This document shows positions 24,727 through 37,772 of a stretch of DNA of 64,000 nt, piece after piece. The position numbers were made by a program, and so were the translations under genes. The notes below the pieces were generated by a model that saw only the letters and a list, made by a program, of their open reading frames with translations, did no database searches and was not told the DNA's origin. Each line of letters starts with the position of its first letter. The stretch's first letter is position 1. This stretch comes from Camelus dromedarius (Eukaryota), in NCBI RefSeq assembly GCF_036321535.1, contig NC_087436.1, forward strand, positions 118,856,001-118,920,000, in the 5' to 3' direction.

Positions 24727-27700
24727 CATACAGCCTGGCACTTGATAAGTGCCTAGCAAATGTCAACGGTTAGAATTAAGAAAAACAGCATTTATCTCCA
24801 TTCATTTCTGTAGACCAGTGAGAGGTACAGTACTCCTTGTGGTGGTTCTGAAAATAAATACCATCACCAAAAAGATAAGATCAGAAACCCTGTCCCCACT
24901 GGGGAGCTGGCCCCTCCCTCACTCTGAGTTGGGGGAGCACCCCCCGCCCCCTGCTGCTTTCAGGTTGATTCCCATGTTAGTTACCTCCTAGGCTACTCCC
25001 CCGCAAGTGCTCTTGCCCCACCCACCTCCCACAGGAGGGGCTCCTGACCCTTGCCCTTCACAGCAATGAGGACCCCAGGGCCCCCTTCCTTATCCCTGCC
25101 TCTCCCTGCTGACACACGGTCCGGTTCCTGGGCTGTCCATCTGGCTTTAGAAAGGCATAGGCAAAGAAAGCTTTTTCTGAAGACATTCAGGGCTAGAGTG
25201 ACAAGCCAAGGTCCCCCTGTTGGCCAGCCTCGGGGTCTCTTTCTGAGCTTCATGCTACAGCAACACCAACAGCCACCACTGGCTTTCAGGTAACGTGTTT
25301 CTATTAAAAGCACCGAGAAGGCTCCTCTGATTCATTTCTCACACCAGCCTGGCAGGAAGGCTGTCTTTCCACTGGAGGAATCAATGTGCTTCCCAGAGCA
25401 ACACCTAAGCTCCAAAGCGAGAGGCCCTCCCACTGGTTAGTTCCCATCTCCGCCTCCACCTCCAGATGCACCTCTGCTTGTTAGGTGCTCACATAATACT
25501 TACCCTGCCTGATGCTGTGCAGTTGAAATGAGATCATTCATGGCAGGAGTCGGAGTTGAAGTAATGATAGATAGAGAGCTATCTATTGTCCTTATGTGAA
25601 TATCACAGGAAAAGGAACTGGGCACAGAGAGGTTAAGTGATTTGACCCAGGGTCACACAGTCAGGAAAGTCTGAACTGGTCTGCAACGCAGCTCCTCTGA
25701 CCCTGCCTTGTTCCCACAGAGATGGCCTCACCTAGCTGGTGACCACTGTTTATGATCATTAGTTCCATTAAGAATTTTGCTAAGAACTGGTTGGAAATTA
25801 CTGGAATCGCTGCACCCCCGCACTGAGCAGGAAAGAAGTCTAGATGAGACAGGCATCAGAGGAACTGCTCAGAGACCAGTGGGCTCTGAGTTCAGGATTT
25901 TTACCTATAGCTCTCGGCACCTTCTCGGCCAAGTCTGCACAATTCGCACTACCAACATGGCACCCACCCCTTCATCTTTCATCCCCAGTTGTTGAATATT
26001 TAACTTATTGGTCTAATGTTATTTGCTCATGAAGAACAAACAAGGCCTCCAACTAGGGGGTCTGGTCTGTGACAAAGCTAAAGGATTTACTTTTTTTAAG
26101 TCACTCATCCCACAACTCCCTCATCATCATGACCACTTGTTTAAGTGTCTCCAATGCCCAGAAACCACACTTCGGATCCTCACACCAACTCAGCCAAAGA
26201 GAGACCACCGCCCTGGTTTGTACAGGATATGGAGGCTCAGAGAAGTTAATCCTCCTGCCCAAGATCACACAGCCAGAAGGAAGAGGATACAGGTCAGCCC
26301 AACTTCAGGAGCCCTGCAGGTTGGCTCAACCACCCCCCACAGAGGAGGCCGGCCAAGAAGAACCAGGATACACTGCGGTAACCCCCAGTCTCTCTGAGGG
26401 AGGCACCTGTTTTAGTTAGAAAGCCCAGGTGGGAAGTGCTTGGCCAATCACAGCTGAGTGAGGGGCAGGGCCTCAGTGGGAACCCAGGCAGTCTGGCTTC
26501 AGAGCCTGCAGACAGGCAGGGCCCCATCCTCGGGGAGGTAAGCAAATCGCCATAGCACACAGCGCCAATCACTGCTGGTTTATGCCCTCCTCAGAAATTG
26601 TTCCTTCTGCTGCATGTCTCTCTTACAGCGCTGACAGTGGGGGTGCCAGGACAATGGAGCCCTACCAAAGAGGGGCTGCCCCTCAGACCTCACTGTGCCC
26701 CTTGTCTCTGGTGGGCAAGGTCTCCTTAGGGAAAAAGGACACAAATATTACACAACATATAGATATGAAGTTCCATGAGAGATGACAGAACCACACAATC
26801 CGTTTGGCAGAGTCGAGGAACACCACAAAGAAGTAACATGAGGGCTGGGCCTCATCGTATGAATAGGAGTTCTCCTGACAAAGAAGGGGAACATTTCTGG
26901 GAGAAAACACAGCATGTGGGGAAAACCTAAGAGTGAAGATGCACAGAAGTGGCATGTGTGGCTGAGGGTGACAGTGTGGAGAGGGAGAGGTGGGCCAGGG
27001 AAGCCAGGATGTCAGAAACTTTTGAGGTCAGGGAGCCAGGGGGAGCCATGTGTGGTTTGTGAAGGAAGAAGATGTCAATGAGCTCATTTGTTGGACCCTC
27101 AGAAGGGCTTCTCTCTGTGGTAAGACTCAAGGCAAGAGTTACCCTCAGACTCAGCAGAGATGTTCAGCTTTACAGACCACACGCAGGAGCCTCAACAACA
27201 AAATCTCTGCAACCGTCCACCAGCCTCCATAGAGCTGTATAAAACCAAGTGTTCTCAGAGCAGCAACTCCCGAAGTGGGATGCCCTGCTGGGCAAGCATC
27301 CTGGGAAGGGGTATCCTGATTGCCCAACCCCCCCCCTTCCCCAAACCTTCCCTTCCTCCACGTTCATCCCAGCTCACGGAAGCGCCACCCACCCACCTCC
27401 CCAAGGTTTTGGAGAAGCCAGGTCCTCCCACAGCCGCGCCCACACCAGTGGGTCACCCTGAGTTGAGAGGAGGACCTCCTTAGGCCTGATATTTACTCTG
27501 GGTGGAGCCCTCTGTGAGGGGCTGATGCTGCCCCTGGCCCCCAAGAGCTCTCAGTCTGGTCTGGGAGGCAGAGGCCATCAGATGCCACAGCATGTGTCCA
27601 GCTCTGCCACACAGGAGGCTCAGGCGGGGCAAGGGGCTCTCCCTGACCTTGTTCTAGAAGGAGCTGTCCAGTTGAAGAAACAGCGTTCCCAGAGAGGGAA

Positions 27701-28883
27701 CAGCAACAGCAAAGGCCAAGGACAGTGTGCCTGTGAGTGTGCACAGAAAGGGTGGGGGTGCTGGAGGAGGACTAGCGGTCAGATACAGTATCTCTGGAGC
27801 TTAAAGAGCTGGGCAGAGGCTGGCGGGGAGCCCAGGCCGGCCAAGACGTCAGGAGAAGGGCAGACGAGAGTGTGTGGGGAGGGGAGGTGTTGGTGGGGGG
27901 CGGGGCATGCTTTCAGACGAAAGACTCCTGCCTGGGAAGCAGCCTCAATCAGGGATGACGAGGCTGGATCCTCAGGAGCCCGAAGCAAGGAGGGTGGAGT
28001 GGTGGAGCGATGGAGTGATGGAGCGAGGGGGCCAGGCGCGAAGGAAGGCGCGGCTCACTAACGCAGGTACGGAACACACTGGCCATAACACAGGGCGTCC
28101 GGTAAGGTGCCCAGCCCCGCGGGAGCCAATCCCTGTGCGCCATCTCCGCAGGCCGAGTGCGCCCAGGGCGCGCCAGCCCGGCAGGAGGGTGGGTACCAGC
28201 CTTTCTTCCCATTTCGGCAGCCTCCTCCCGGGCGCCCACGTGGGCGGAGCAGCGTGGGGGTGTGCGTGGCAGGAGCCGCGGTAGCGTGTGCTGTACGTAG
28301 GGTGGGGGTGCGGGTAGGGCAGCCTCGCCCTCTCGGCCCCCTGCCGCCACGGCGCGGCCCCGGGCTTCATTCTCTGTGACATCTCAGCCGAGATCGGGGA
28401 ACCCATACCTACTCAGTGGGTGGGACACACAGGGAACCGGCCGGCCACGCCCCCCCGGGCCACTCCCGAAGGACCTGGTGGGTCCCCCTCCCCCTCCTTA
28501 GCTTGGGGGCGGAATAGGGAGAGGAGTGGAAATACGGGTGGCGTGAGGAAGAAAGGAGGGCTGGGGGCGGGAGAAGAAGGGGGCGTAGGTAGGGAGGCGA
28601 TACCGAGTCCCCGGGCTGGGAGGTGCTGCCAGAGGGATTTGGAGGGGAGTGGGGGGATGGGAACGGAAGGGTGGGGCACCTCAGAGGTGAGATGCAAGAG
28701 TGGCAGCGGGATAAGAAGGGGGCACGAAGACTGGATGAGGGAGGGGAAGGTGGGCGATGGGGCGGGGCAGCACCGGTCATTGCGTCCCTTGCCGCTGGGT
28801 CAGCCCATCGGCTGCGGGGTCCGCGGGTCCCCTCTGGCCTGTACGCGTCTCCCGCCTCCCACCCCCGGCGCACCTGTACCCAC

Positions 28884-28960
28884 CTGCTCGGCGCTCAGGC
28901 CCGAGCCGGGCAGCAGCAGCGGGCGTAGCGAGCGCAGCCCCGCGCCGCATCCTCCGGCCG
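28884..28960 (-). other. Probable alternative first exon (1b), possibly coding MRRGAALATPAAAARLGPERRA-
   Basis: Donor CAG|GTGGGT at 28884/28883; ATG at 28950 (A at -3) open to the donor, phase 1; GC box immediately upstream. Confidence 0.45.
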
Positions 28961-28983
28961 CCCCCTCCCCGCCCCGAGCTTAC

Positions 28984-29200
28984 GCTGCCGCCGCCCCCGC
29001 CTTAAAAAGGACAAGACGGAACAGAAAAAGGATGCATGCAAAAAAAAAAAATCGTAAGAAGCAAATGAGGAAGACGGGCTGACGGGCGCGTGCGGTTCGG
29101 CGGGGCGGGGGTCGAGGTGCAGCGATGCCGGTGGCAGTGCTCCGGGCAGCCGGCCGGCGCGTGCCGCACACTCCCGGATGCAGCTCGCTGGGCCGCGGGG
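28984..29200 (-). other. Probable non-coding first exon (1a) of the host gene
   Basis: Minus-strand donor AGC|GTAAGC at 28984/28983 downstream of GC boxes; contains a T-rich stretch and a short uORF (MHPFSVPSCPF*); TSS approximate. Confidence 0.55.
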
Positions 29201-29842
29201 CTCCGGGCTCGCAGCGCGGCCCCGCCCCTCACCCGGAGCACCCCTCCGGTTGGTCCGTCCTCCTGCCAGTCAGAGGGGAGGGCCGGGCGTTTGCCCCACC
29301 CCCGCCCCGGGCTAATGCCGGGAGCGGTTCTGTTGCCTTGAGAGGAGTTTCCAGGAGGCATGAGCGTGCGCAGTGGGCCCCGCGGCCCCCGCCAGGGAGG
29401 GGCTGGAGTCCCACCGCTGAGCCTTCCAGCCTCGCCGGGTCTAGCTGCCAGCTGGGTCGGAGCTGCCCCTGAGAGCGGCTTCTGGCTCCACTTAGGGCTA
29501 AGGGCCCCAGGAAGCTCGTTCCTGCCCTCAGGGGGCTCACACCCAGTTTGTGTGGAGTGTATACATAACCTGGAGGTGTGGCCATTCTGGGCCATTGGTG
29601 GTCCTGAAGACACAATCACCACGGGTACTGTGTTTCCCCCTTTGTATAGATGGAAATCTGAAGGTCAGAGGTTAAAGAAAAATGTTGAAGGTGACACAGT
29701 CAGCAAGCGGCAGAGCCAGGCGTCTTACTCCTGAGCCCAGAGCTTTCACCACTAGGCAAAACAGCATCACCAAACAATAGTTAAGATGAACCTTGTCATG
29801 CCCCAGCTGAGGCCTGAAGGAAGGGAAGGATTTAGCGAGGCA

Positions 29843-30158
29843 AAGATTCATTCATTCAGTTTCTTGTCGCAAATATTTATCGAGCACGTCCTGTGTACCA
29901 GGTGGCCATTAAGATCTAGAGATGCCACAGTGAGCAGAGAGCAAGCAGCTGCCCTCCTAGAGATTACATTCTAGCAAAGAGAAGGGAACAGCACAGGTAA
30001 ACACCTTGACTGGAGGAAAATGTGGCATATTTGAGAATCAAAGAAAGTGGTTATCTCTGGGCTACAAAGAGGTGTGTGGGAGAGTTGGCAGAGGCCAGCA
30101 CTCAGCAGATCTTGTAGGCTATGGGAAAGAATTTGGAGTTTATCCCTAGACTGTCTCA
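29843..30158 (-). mobile_element. LINE-2 3' fragment
   Basis: ATTCATTCATTCAG...CAAATATTTATCGAGCACGTCCTGTGTACCAGG...CTGCCCTCCTAGAGATTACATTCTAG. Confidence 0.8.
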
Positions 30159-30207
30159 CTAGGGAAAGTGGTCTGTAGGACCATTGTCAGATTTATATAT
30201 TTAGAAT

Positions 30208-30590
30208 GTACATGTCAGGATAAACTATGTTAAGCCTGGGTAACAAACAAACCCAAATCTCATTGTCTTGTTTCTTGCTCACACTACACATTCCCCCTGG
30301 GCCAGCAGGGGGCTCTGCTTGCTCTAGTGAATCAGGAGCCCAAGCCCATGGAGGCTCTATCTTAAACTGTGTCCCCACAATATTTTTGGCAGTTTGCAAG
30401 AAAGGTGGCAAACTGTACTGGCTTTTAAAGCTTCCACTTGGAAGAGACACATGACTTCCCCTCATGCCTTGTTGGCCAAAGCAAGTCACATGGCCATGCC
30501 TGACTTGAATCAGGGCGGAGAAGTGCAGAGTCTCATGTTCTAAGTAGATGAGGAAACATGGAAAATCTGAACAGATCTGAGACTCTCATT
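30208..30590 (-). mobile_element. Old MaLR LTR (MLT1K/L-like)
   Basis: GGCTTTTAAAGCTTCCACTTGGAAGAGACACATGACTTCC...TTGGCCAAAGCAAGTCACATGGCCATGCCTGACTT. Confidence 0.7.
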
Positions 30591-30782
30591 AACAGATGCA
30601 CTGGCTGTCTATGGATTGCAGACTGAAGGAGGAAAGTGTAGATCAAAGAGGTGGGTGGACGTGGCTTTGGTAACAAGGGAAGAGAAACATCAGAGAGGGT
30701 CAGGCAATCGAATTGGCAAGACTTGCTCAAGACATGGGCTGGAGAGAGGAGGCATCAGGCTGGACCCTGATGCTAAGAGTAG

Positions 30783-31215
30783 AATCACATTCCAAAAAAG
30801 TCAAACATTGAGGTCCTAATTCCCAGTATCTCAGAATATGACCTTATTTCAAAACAGGGTCATTGCAGATTAATTAGTTAAGATGAGATTGTACTGGAGT
30901 GGGAGTGGGCCTTTATCCAATATGACCGGTATCCTTATAAAAAGGGGAGATTTAGACACAGAGATCCACACACAGGGAGAGTGTCATGTGAACATGAAGG
31001 CAGAAATTGGGGTGATGCATCAATAAGCCAAGAAAGGCCAAAGATTGCCAGAAAACCCCCAGAAGCTAGAAGAGAGCCCTGGAACAGATCCTTCCCTGGT
31101 CCCTTCAGAGGGCACATGGCCATACTGACACCTTGATGTCAGACTTCTAGCTTCTAGAATTGAGAAACAACAAATTTCTCTTATTTAAGCCACTTAGTTT
31201 GGTATACGTTGATAC
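30783..31215 (+). mobile_element. MLT1C-like MaLR LTR
   Basis: GTCCTAATTCCCAGTATCTCAGAATATGACCTTATTT...AAGCCAAGAAAGGCCAAAGATTGCCAG...AAATTTCTCTTATTTAAGCCAC. Confidence 0.85.
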
Positions 31216-31217
31216 AT

Positions 31218-31685
31218 GTATATTAGTTAGGGATTATATTTGGCTGTGAGTAATCAAAATGCCAACTCTACAGTGGCTTAAACAAATGAAGTATTTTTTT
31301 TTTCTCACTCAACAAGAAACCCAAAGGTAAGCTGTCCCTTATTTGTCCTCTTTTATTCCTTCATCCTCAGCATGTAATTTTCTTCCTCATAGTATCCTCT
31401 TGGTGACAAGATGGCTGCCCTACCTCCAGCATCACATCACTATTCCAGTCAAGATTATAGAGGACAAAAGACACACCCAACTGAGTTGGTTCCCTTTAGC
31501 CACTTTCCTGGAAACTCTTCCCAGAGACCTCTGTTCTTGGACCAGGTCAGTGTCACATGCCATCTCTGGCTTCATGGAAATTAAAAAAAGAAAAAAAAAT
31601 TAAGGAGTGTTCTTTGTTGCCTGAAACTAAACCAGGGTTCTATCAGTGAGGAAGAGGGGAGAGTAGATTTTGAGCAGGCAACTAG
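31218..31685 (-). mobile_element. MLT1J-like MaLR LTR
   Basis: TGTATATTAGTTAGGGATT...CAGTGGCTTAAACAAAT...CAAGATGGCTGCCCTACCTCCAGCATCACATC. Confidence 0.75.
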
Positions 31686-32716
31686 CAGTGGTGGACCAGG
31701 TTTCCTAGGACCTGGAGTTTCCACAAATTGGGAGGTCCTCTTTAAGAAAAGAAAATTTTAAAATTACAGTACAAAATTAGGTATAAAAGCGAACATGTAT
31801 TTAGAATAATTGAAAAAATCACAACAAATGTTTGAAACTTTCAAGTTGTCAGAAAGCAAACATTACAAAGTCCAGAAAAATAGTACAGTGATTTTTAAAT
31901 TAACTACTTGATATCCACCTTTATAATATAGTTCTCTACTTTTTTGGGCTTTTTCACCTTTTAGATTGTCTCTTCACAGGATAATAATTTTGCAATATTG
32001 TTTCTATGGAAAAATTAGAAAGACAATTCAAGTTACTTCTCTAATGATGGATTTTTTTAAAAACGTTAATTAGAAAACGTACTTTCAGCCTCATAACTCG
32101 TTATTACTAGTCATGTACATTTTTAGGATTGTTGTCAAATTTAGGAAAACTACCACCATTCTTTCATAAATGGACACCAATATTTAGAGGAATTAGTTTT
32201 TTTTAGTTTCCTGATCATGATTTTATTAATTTTCAGGATAAATGCAATTGTACAAATTCAAACAAATCTTCCAGAAGATGACTCTGTCAGCGCTTCTAAA
32301 ACCTCAGTGCCCCTCACAGGCACATGGGGAAAGCATATGAAAAGTGCAGATGCCCGGGCTCCTCTGCATCCCACTGAAGTGGGGCCTCAGAATAGCAAGG
32401 CCCAGGAATCAGTATTTTACTAAGTGCCCCCAGGTGATTCCAGTGTCTGCTGAGACCTGTCAGGTCCTGGATTAGGTGATTCCAAGGTTGCCTTGTGACT
32501 CTGAAGGTCTGCAAATCCAGGTCTCCCCATTGGAAGACTTACCTCTTAAACCCCATTCCTTCTCTACTGATGTCCTCCGGTGTCACATATCCCTGGGTTG
32601 GCACACAGTGAGGGAGGGCACACCTGGAAGCCATTGTGCTTGCTCAGGGAGCAATAACATGACCGCCACAGATTGGCTGAGGACCATATAAACATATCCC
32701 ACTAAACTCACACCAA

Positions 32717-32854
32717 GGGGGAGGGTATAGCTCAGTGATCGTGTGTGTGCTTAGCACACGTGAGGTCCTGGGTTCAATCCCCAGTACCTCCATCTAAATA
32801 AGTAAACTGATTCCCCCTCCAAAAAAATAAATAGTTAAAACTTTTTTAAAAAAA
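32717..32854 (+). mobile_element. tRNA-derived SINE, camelid type
   Basis: GGGGGAGGGTATAGCTCAGTG...GGTCCTGGGTTCAATCCCCAGTACCTCC; 13-bp TSD AAACTCACACCAA / AAACTCACATTAA. Confidence 0.92.
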
Positions 32855-32982
32855 AAACTCACATTAAGACATCCTTGACTCAACTTCCCTTTAGCTACAT
32901 CCCCCAAATGCCTTCAGCCACCCCCACACCTCCCAATGTGAGAGGAAGTATGAGCACAGGTCAGAGGGAAAGAGACAGTGAG

Positions 32983-33338
32983 TGTTACGAGCTGAACTGT
33001 GTCCGCCTAAAATTCGTATGTTGTAGCCCTAACCCCCAGCACCTCAAACTGACTGTATTTAAAGATAAGGTCTTTAATGAGCTAATTAAGGTAAATGAGG
33101 TCTTAAGGGTGGCTCCTAATCCGATATGACTGATGTCCTTATGAGAAGAGGAGACTAAGACACAGACATGCAGAACAGGAAGGCCATGTGAGGATGCGGC
33201 GGGAAGACGGCTGTCTGCAAGCCGAGGAGAAGGGCCTCCCGGGAGACCAGCCCTGTCCACACCTGCATCTTGGGTTCGGAGCCTCCAGAATCATGAGAAA
33301 GCAAGTCTGTGGTGCTTTGTTATGGCAGCCCTGGCAGG
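32983..33338 (+). mobile_element. MLT1A0-like MaLR LTR
   Basis: TGTTACGAGCTGAACTGTGTCCGCCTAAAATTCGTATGTTG...CTAATCCGATATGACTGATGTCCTTATGAGAAGAGGAG...TTGTTATGGCAGCCC. Confidence 0.88.
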
Positions 33339-34007
33339 GGGCTTAGCCAAATGTGGCTAAAATATCTTGCTTTTACTAAATTTTCAAAACAACGTGGCCC
33401 CCTGAATGCATAGCTCAGGCCGTCCCAGGCCTTGGAGGCACCTGCAGCTTCACTGTCCTTAGCTTTGCAGTGAATCCACTCCTACTGCTACCGCTTGCTC
33501 ACTGCACGCCCTCAGGACCAGCCTACGAGGCAGGTATGGCCCCGTCATCCTCATTAGAGATGAGGGGGCCCCAGGGGGCAAGCAGCCACGTGGGGGCCCA
33601 GAGCCCATCCCTCTCCTCCAAAGTGGCCTCCCTGGCACATGGGACTTGTGGTGTGTGGGCCCAGGCCTGGACGTCACAGAGAGATAGGTGTCAGCTTAGC
33701 ATCGTGAGGACAAACATTCTTACCAGAGATGCGGCTCTGGGAAGTTGTAACCCCGGTGCCCGTGACAGCTGTGCACGTCTGAGAGTGTTGGAGAGGCGAT
33801 CCCGCCAGGGTGGAGCTTGAGGCTCATGCCCGCTGCAGGAACGTGGCTGCCTGCTTTGGATCCCAGCTCTGCCACTTGCTAGCTGGTGACCTTAGGCAAC
33901 TTACTGACCTTGAACTTTCCTCAGTTTCCTCATCTGTAAAGGGGAGCTGATAATATTAATAACCTTCCAGCTTTGGGTGGGGGTTAAATGAGTTAACATA
34001 CATGAAT

Positions 34008-34630
34008 CTGTGTTCCTTTCCTGGGCTGCCATAGTCAATTACCACAAACTGGGGAGCTTAAAACAACAGAAATTTGTTCTCACATAGTGTTCAGGGCAGA
34101 AGTCCTGAATCAAGGTGTTGGCGGGGGCGTGCCCCCTCTAGAGGCTCTAGGGAGAAATTCTTCCTTGTCTCTTTCAGCTTCCAGTGGCTCCAGATATTCT
34201 CGGCTTGTGGCCGCATCACCCTGGTCTCTACCTCCATCTTCACCGCTGTGTCTCTTTTCATCTTTTTAAAAAAAGTATTCATCTTTATTCAGTCTTTTTT
34301 ATTGAAGTTTAGTTAATTTACAATGTAGTGTTGATTTCAGATGTACAGCAAAGTGATTCAGTTATACATAACTGAATATATATATATATTCAGTGAATAT
34401 ATATAAATATATATACATATATATGTTCTTTTTCAGATCCATTTCCATTAGAGGTTATTACAAGATATTGAATATGGTTTTCCTCCTTTGTAAGGACATA
34501 GGCCATTGGATTTAGGGCTCACTCAGATAATCCAGTATGATCTCATCACAAGAGCCTTAACCTAATCATATCTGCAAAGACCTCTTTTCTAAATAAGTTC
34601 ACATTTGCAGGTTCCAAGATGTTATTGTAA
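34008..34630 (-). mobile_element. MLT1C/D-like LTR interrupted by a short L1 3' tail with (TA)n (~34265-34480)
   Basis: GGGCTGCCATAGTCAATTACCACAAACTGGGGAGCTTAAAACAACAGAAATTT; resumes TAAGGACATAGGCCATTGGATTTAGGGC after L1 tail TACAATGTAGTGTTGATTTCAGATGTACAGCAAAGTGATTCAG. Confidence 0.8.
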
Positions 34631-35619
34631 ATCACACAACCATTTGTCTCCATTGTGATCATTCCTAAGGAGGAGGAAAAGGTGCCAGGAGATCACAATA
34701 CGTGGAGCTTGGCTTGTCTGAGGGTCAGAGCATCTTCCTTGAGGAAGTTAGCTCCGAGTATTAGCTAGTTAGAAGAAGAAGAAAAGAAAGAATGTTCCAG
34801 GGAGAGTGGACAGTGGCATGAAGGCCCCACGTTTGGACTTGACCTTCCAGTTGAAAGGAGGGCACTGAGAGTTCCTGAGGAAGGGCATTAGTGACAGGAT
34901 TGCAGACAGCCTGGTGAACGTGGGCGGAAGGGCAGGCCGGCCCATCAGCTGCGCTGATGATTCCGCAGACACCGATGGGCATCCGCTGTGTACCACTGCT
35001 CTGCCTTGGCACGTGGGACATGGCCTGGAAACAGCTCCTGCCCTCAAGGCTCATGGGCCAGCTGGAGAGACAGAAGAGTAAGTGGCCCATTACAAAGGGC
35101 AGCCCAGAACAATAGGGGTGTGGGGAAGAAACTCCTAGGGCCATGTAGGGAGTCAGGAGGGGCTTCCTGGAGGAGGGGAGCACTTGAGCTGAGGTTAGAC
35201 AAGGAGGGAGGAAGCAGGCATTCTAGACGTGGATTTCAGCCTGCTGCCCCCTAGAGGACACTCAAGGTTAAGAAGTGGCAAGGCCAGATCATACAAGGAG
35301 ACTTGAAGGGCACACAGTGACTGAGGAATTTGGAACAGGGCATGACACCACTGGGGTTGGTTGGCCAGTGTTGGCCTTTGTATGGAGAGTGGGTGGGAAG
35401 GGGAGGCAAGAGCCCCCTGAATTGTTGAGGATGAGGGAGGCTGAGAGTCAGAACCAGGGCAGTTTGAGCCAGGGCCCCAGAAGGACAAGTCAGGACCCTC
35501 TAATTGGCAACATCACGCCCACTTGGATGGTTGAAATTGATCCAACTTGTAGGACTCGCCTTCTGGGTGGTGGGCTGTGCTGGGTTGGGGAGGGCAGTAA
35601 TAAAAGCAGGAGCAAACTT

Positions 35620-36000
35620 TGGTCAAGCCTGCTCTGAGCAGGTGTAAGCACTCTGTGAGTACTGACTTAGGTAGTCCACACGACAACCCTAGGTAGAGAG
35701 AGGTTAGGTAACTTGCCCCAGATCACACAGCCAGTAGAGCCAGAATTCAAACCCTGGCAGCCAGGCCCTGGGGCTAAATAAATAACCACATTACTAATAG
35801 CAATGAACATTGCTGAGAACTCACTCTGTCCCAGATACTGGGCTGAGCTTCACATATATTACCTCATTTTAATCGCCAACCTATCCTTGGAAACTGAGGG
35901 ATGTAAAGGTTCAGTAACTTGCCTAAGGTTACTAGGAGGTAAGTGACAGAGCCAGGGTTCGAACCAGCCAGCTTGGTCCCGCAGTGATGAACACCACTGC
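35620..36000 (-). mobile_element. Two adjacent MIR SINEs
   Basis: GAGAGGTTAGGTAACTTGCCCCAGATCACACAGC and GGAAACTGAGG...GTAACTTGCCTAAGGTTAC cores. Confidence 0.75.
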
Positions 36001-36689
36001 TGTCCTCTGCTGAGCACCTTTGCATCCTGTAAGGAGCAGGACACTGCTGTGCTGCTGGAGAGATGCAGAGGGAAATCTCCAGGCATCCCCCTGAGGCCAA
36101 GGAGCACAGAAACACCATTGTGGGCCAGGAGCGGGGAGCACCAGGCAGTACCAGTTTTTGTCATTGGCTCGGCCACTAATTGGCTGTCCCCCTGGAACAA
36201 GTCCTGTCACCTCTCTGAGCCTTGATCTCATCCTGTCAAATAGAGAAGTTGCCATACACCACACCTGTCAGACAGACTGGGATGTGAATCTTGGGTCAAT
36301 TCGGTCCCTAGGTCACCTTGGACCTCAATTCCCTCATCTCAGTAATGGGAAGAACAGAGCCTGCGTCCCAGGCTGGTTAGGCTATTTAAATAGATTATGA
36401 CTGTGATGCACCTAAAACAGGGCTCTGGCCGTTCAGTGTACTCCGTGGGTGAACGCTGCTGGGAACTGCAGCAGAAAAGCTTACCTCCTTCCATCCGGGT
36501 GTGTGATTCCTCTTTTCTAGATGAGATAGTGGAGACTCAGAGAGGCCAAGTCACTCTGACAAAGGATCTGGGAACTACAGCCAGGTCTTTGTGACCCCAG
36601 GGCCATGCTCTCCATCAGTTCACTTTCAAATCCAAAGGGCGATGGTAGGAACCATGCTGAGTGAAAACAGCTGACTGATTCCACTGATA

Positions 36690-36876
36690 GAACTTTATCA
36701 AAATGACACAATGATAGAAACAGAGAATTGATTAGCAGTTGCCAGGAGTTGAGGAGGGGGCAGGGAGGTAGCTGTGACTCTAAGGCTCAGCAGTGGGAAT
36801 CCAGTCTGGAACTGTGTTGTATCTTGACTGTGGTGGTGGGTGTGCAGAGTTAGACCTGTGATCCAATTGCACAGGA

Positions 36877-36917
<41 letters not shown>

Positions 36918-37115
36918 TTCATGTAAAGCTAGGGAAATGTGAATAAGGTGGATGGCTGGTATCAATGTTAACTGGTTTGCAATATTGTGCTACAGTTTTG
37001 CAAGATATTACCTCCTATTGGGGGAAACTGGGTGAAGAGTATATGGGGTTGCTCTGTATTTTTCTTACAACTGGATGTGAATCTACAATTATCTCAAAAT
37101 AAAAAGTTTTCAAAA
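36690..37115 (+). mobile_element. L1MC-like 3' UTR with an internal (CA)n microsatellite (36879-36913)
   Basis: AGTTTTGCAAGATATTACC...GGGGAAACTGGGTGAAGAGTATATGGG...TCTACAATTATCTCAAAATAAAAAG. Confidence 0.85.
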
Positions 37116-37683
37116 AGATAATGGTGAGCATGAAGGAAGCTGCCCGAGGCTCTAGTGGACAGGGCTCTTCCCTGGGGCAGGGAGATAGAACGGGGCAGGG
37201 GAGCTGTGGGACCTTCCTCCTGGGACAGGGTGGGGCAGCCTGCAGGGGTGCGAGGCGGGCAGAGGCCCAAGTTCCCCACCACCGCCAGTGCAGGGGCATC
37301 TGGCCTTCTCAGCCGCAAGGCCCCTTTGCTTCTCTCTTCTCCTTTCCACCTTTCAATGAAAACAGCTTCCTGTGGGCTATTTCTGGTTCCATGAATAATA
37401 CATGCTCATTGTTAAGAATTCAACCAGTACCGGCAGATGTAAGGAAGAAACCAAAAGGTCACCTTGGATCTCAGGGCACAGAGTAACCCCCATGGGCCCT
37501 TGGGTGACCTGGGCTTGGGGCACCTCCTCATGTGCAGATACATGCAGAAAATTTACATGAATGGACTCCTAGTGTGCCTGTATGTTCTCCAAAGCAAAAC
37601 AGAAGGGCTTCCAAAAATGTCAGTTGCATTCTATACCACTTCAAAAAAAAAAGGAAAGAATGGAAGGAAAAGAAAGAATGGAA

Positions 37684-37687
37684 GAAA

Positions 37688-37772
<85 letters not shown>

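Larger units (their letters stand above)
27950..29480 (-). promoter_or_regulatory. CpG island promoter of an unidentified minus-strand gene
   Basis: Dense CpG and very high GC; GC boxes (CCCCGCCCC near 28967, 29220, 29299); splice donors within the island face the minus strand. Confidence 0.9.
31686..33483. mobile_element. Long MER53/OldhAT1-like hAT DNA transposon hosting nested insertions
   Basis: Left end CAGTGGTGGACCAGGTTT...GGTCCTCTTTAAGAAAAG...TACAAAATTAGGTAT; right end CCCAGGCCTTGGAGG...TTAGCTTTGCAGTGAATCCACTCCT. Confidence 0.6.

Noticed and set aside
1..29200. Assigning a gene symbol to the minus-strand host gene
   Set aside because: No recognisable coding exon lies in the window; any name would be a guess.
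27525..29734. Many overlapping 100-220 aa ORFs on both strands
   Set aside because: Artefacts of very high GC content in the CpG island; low-complexity translations with no domain.
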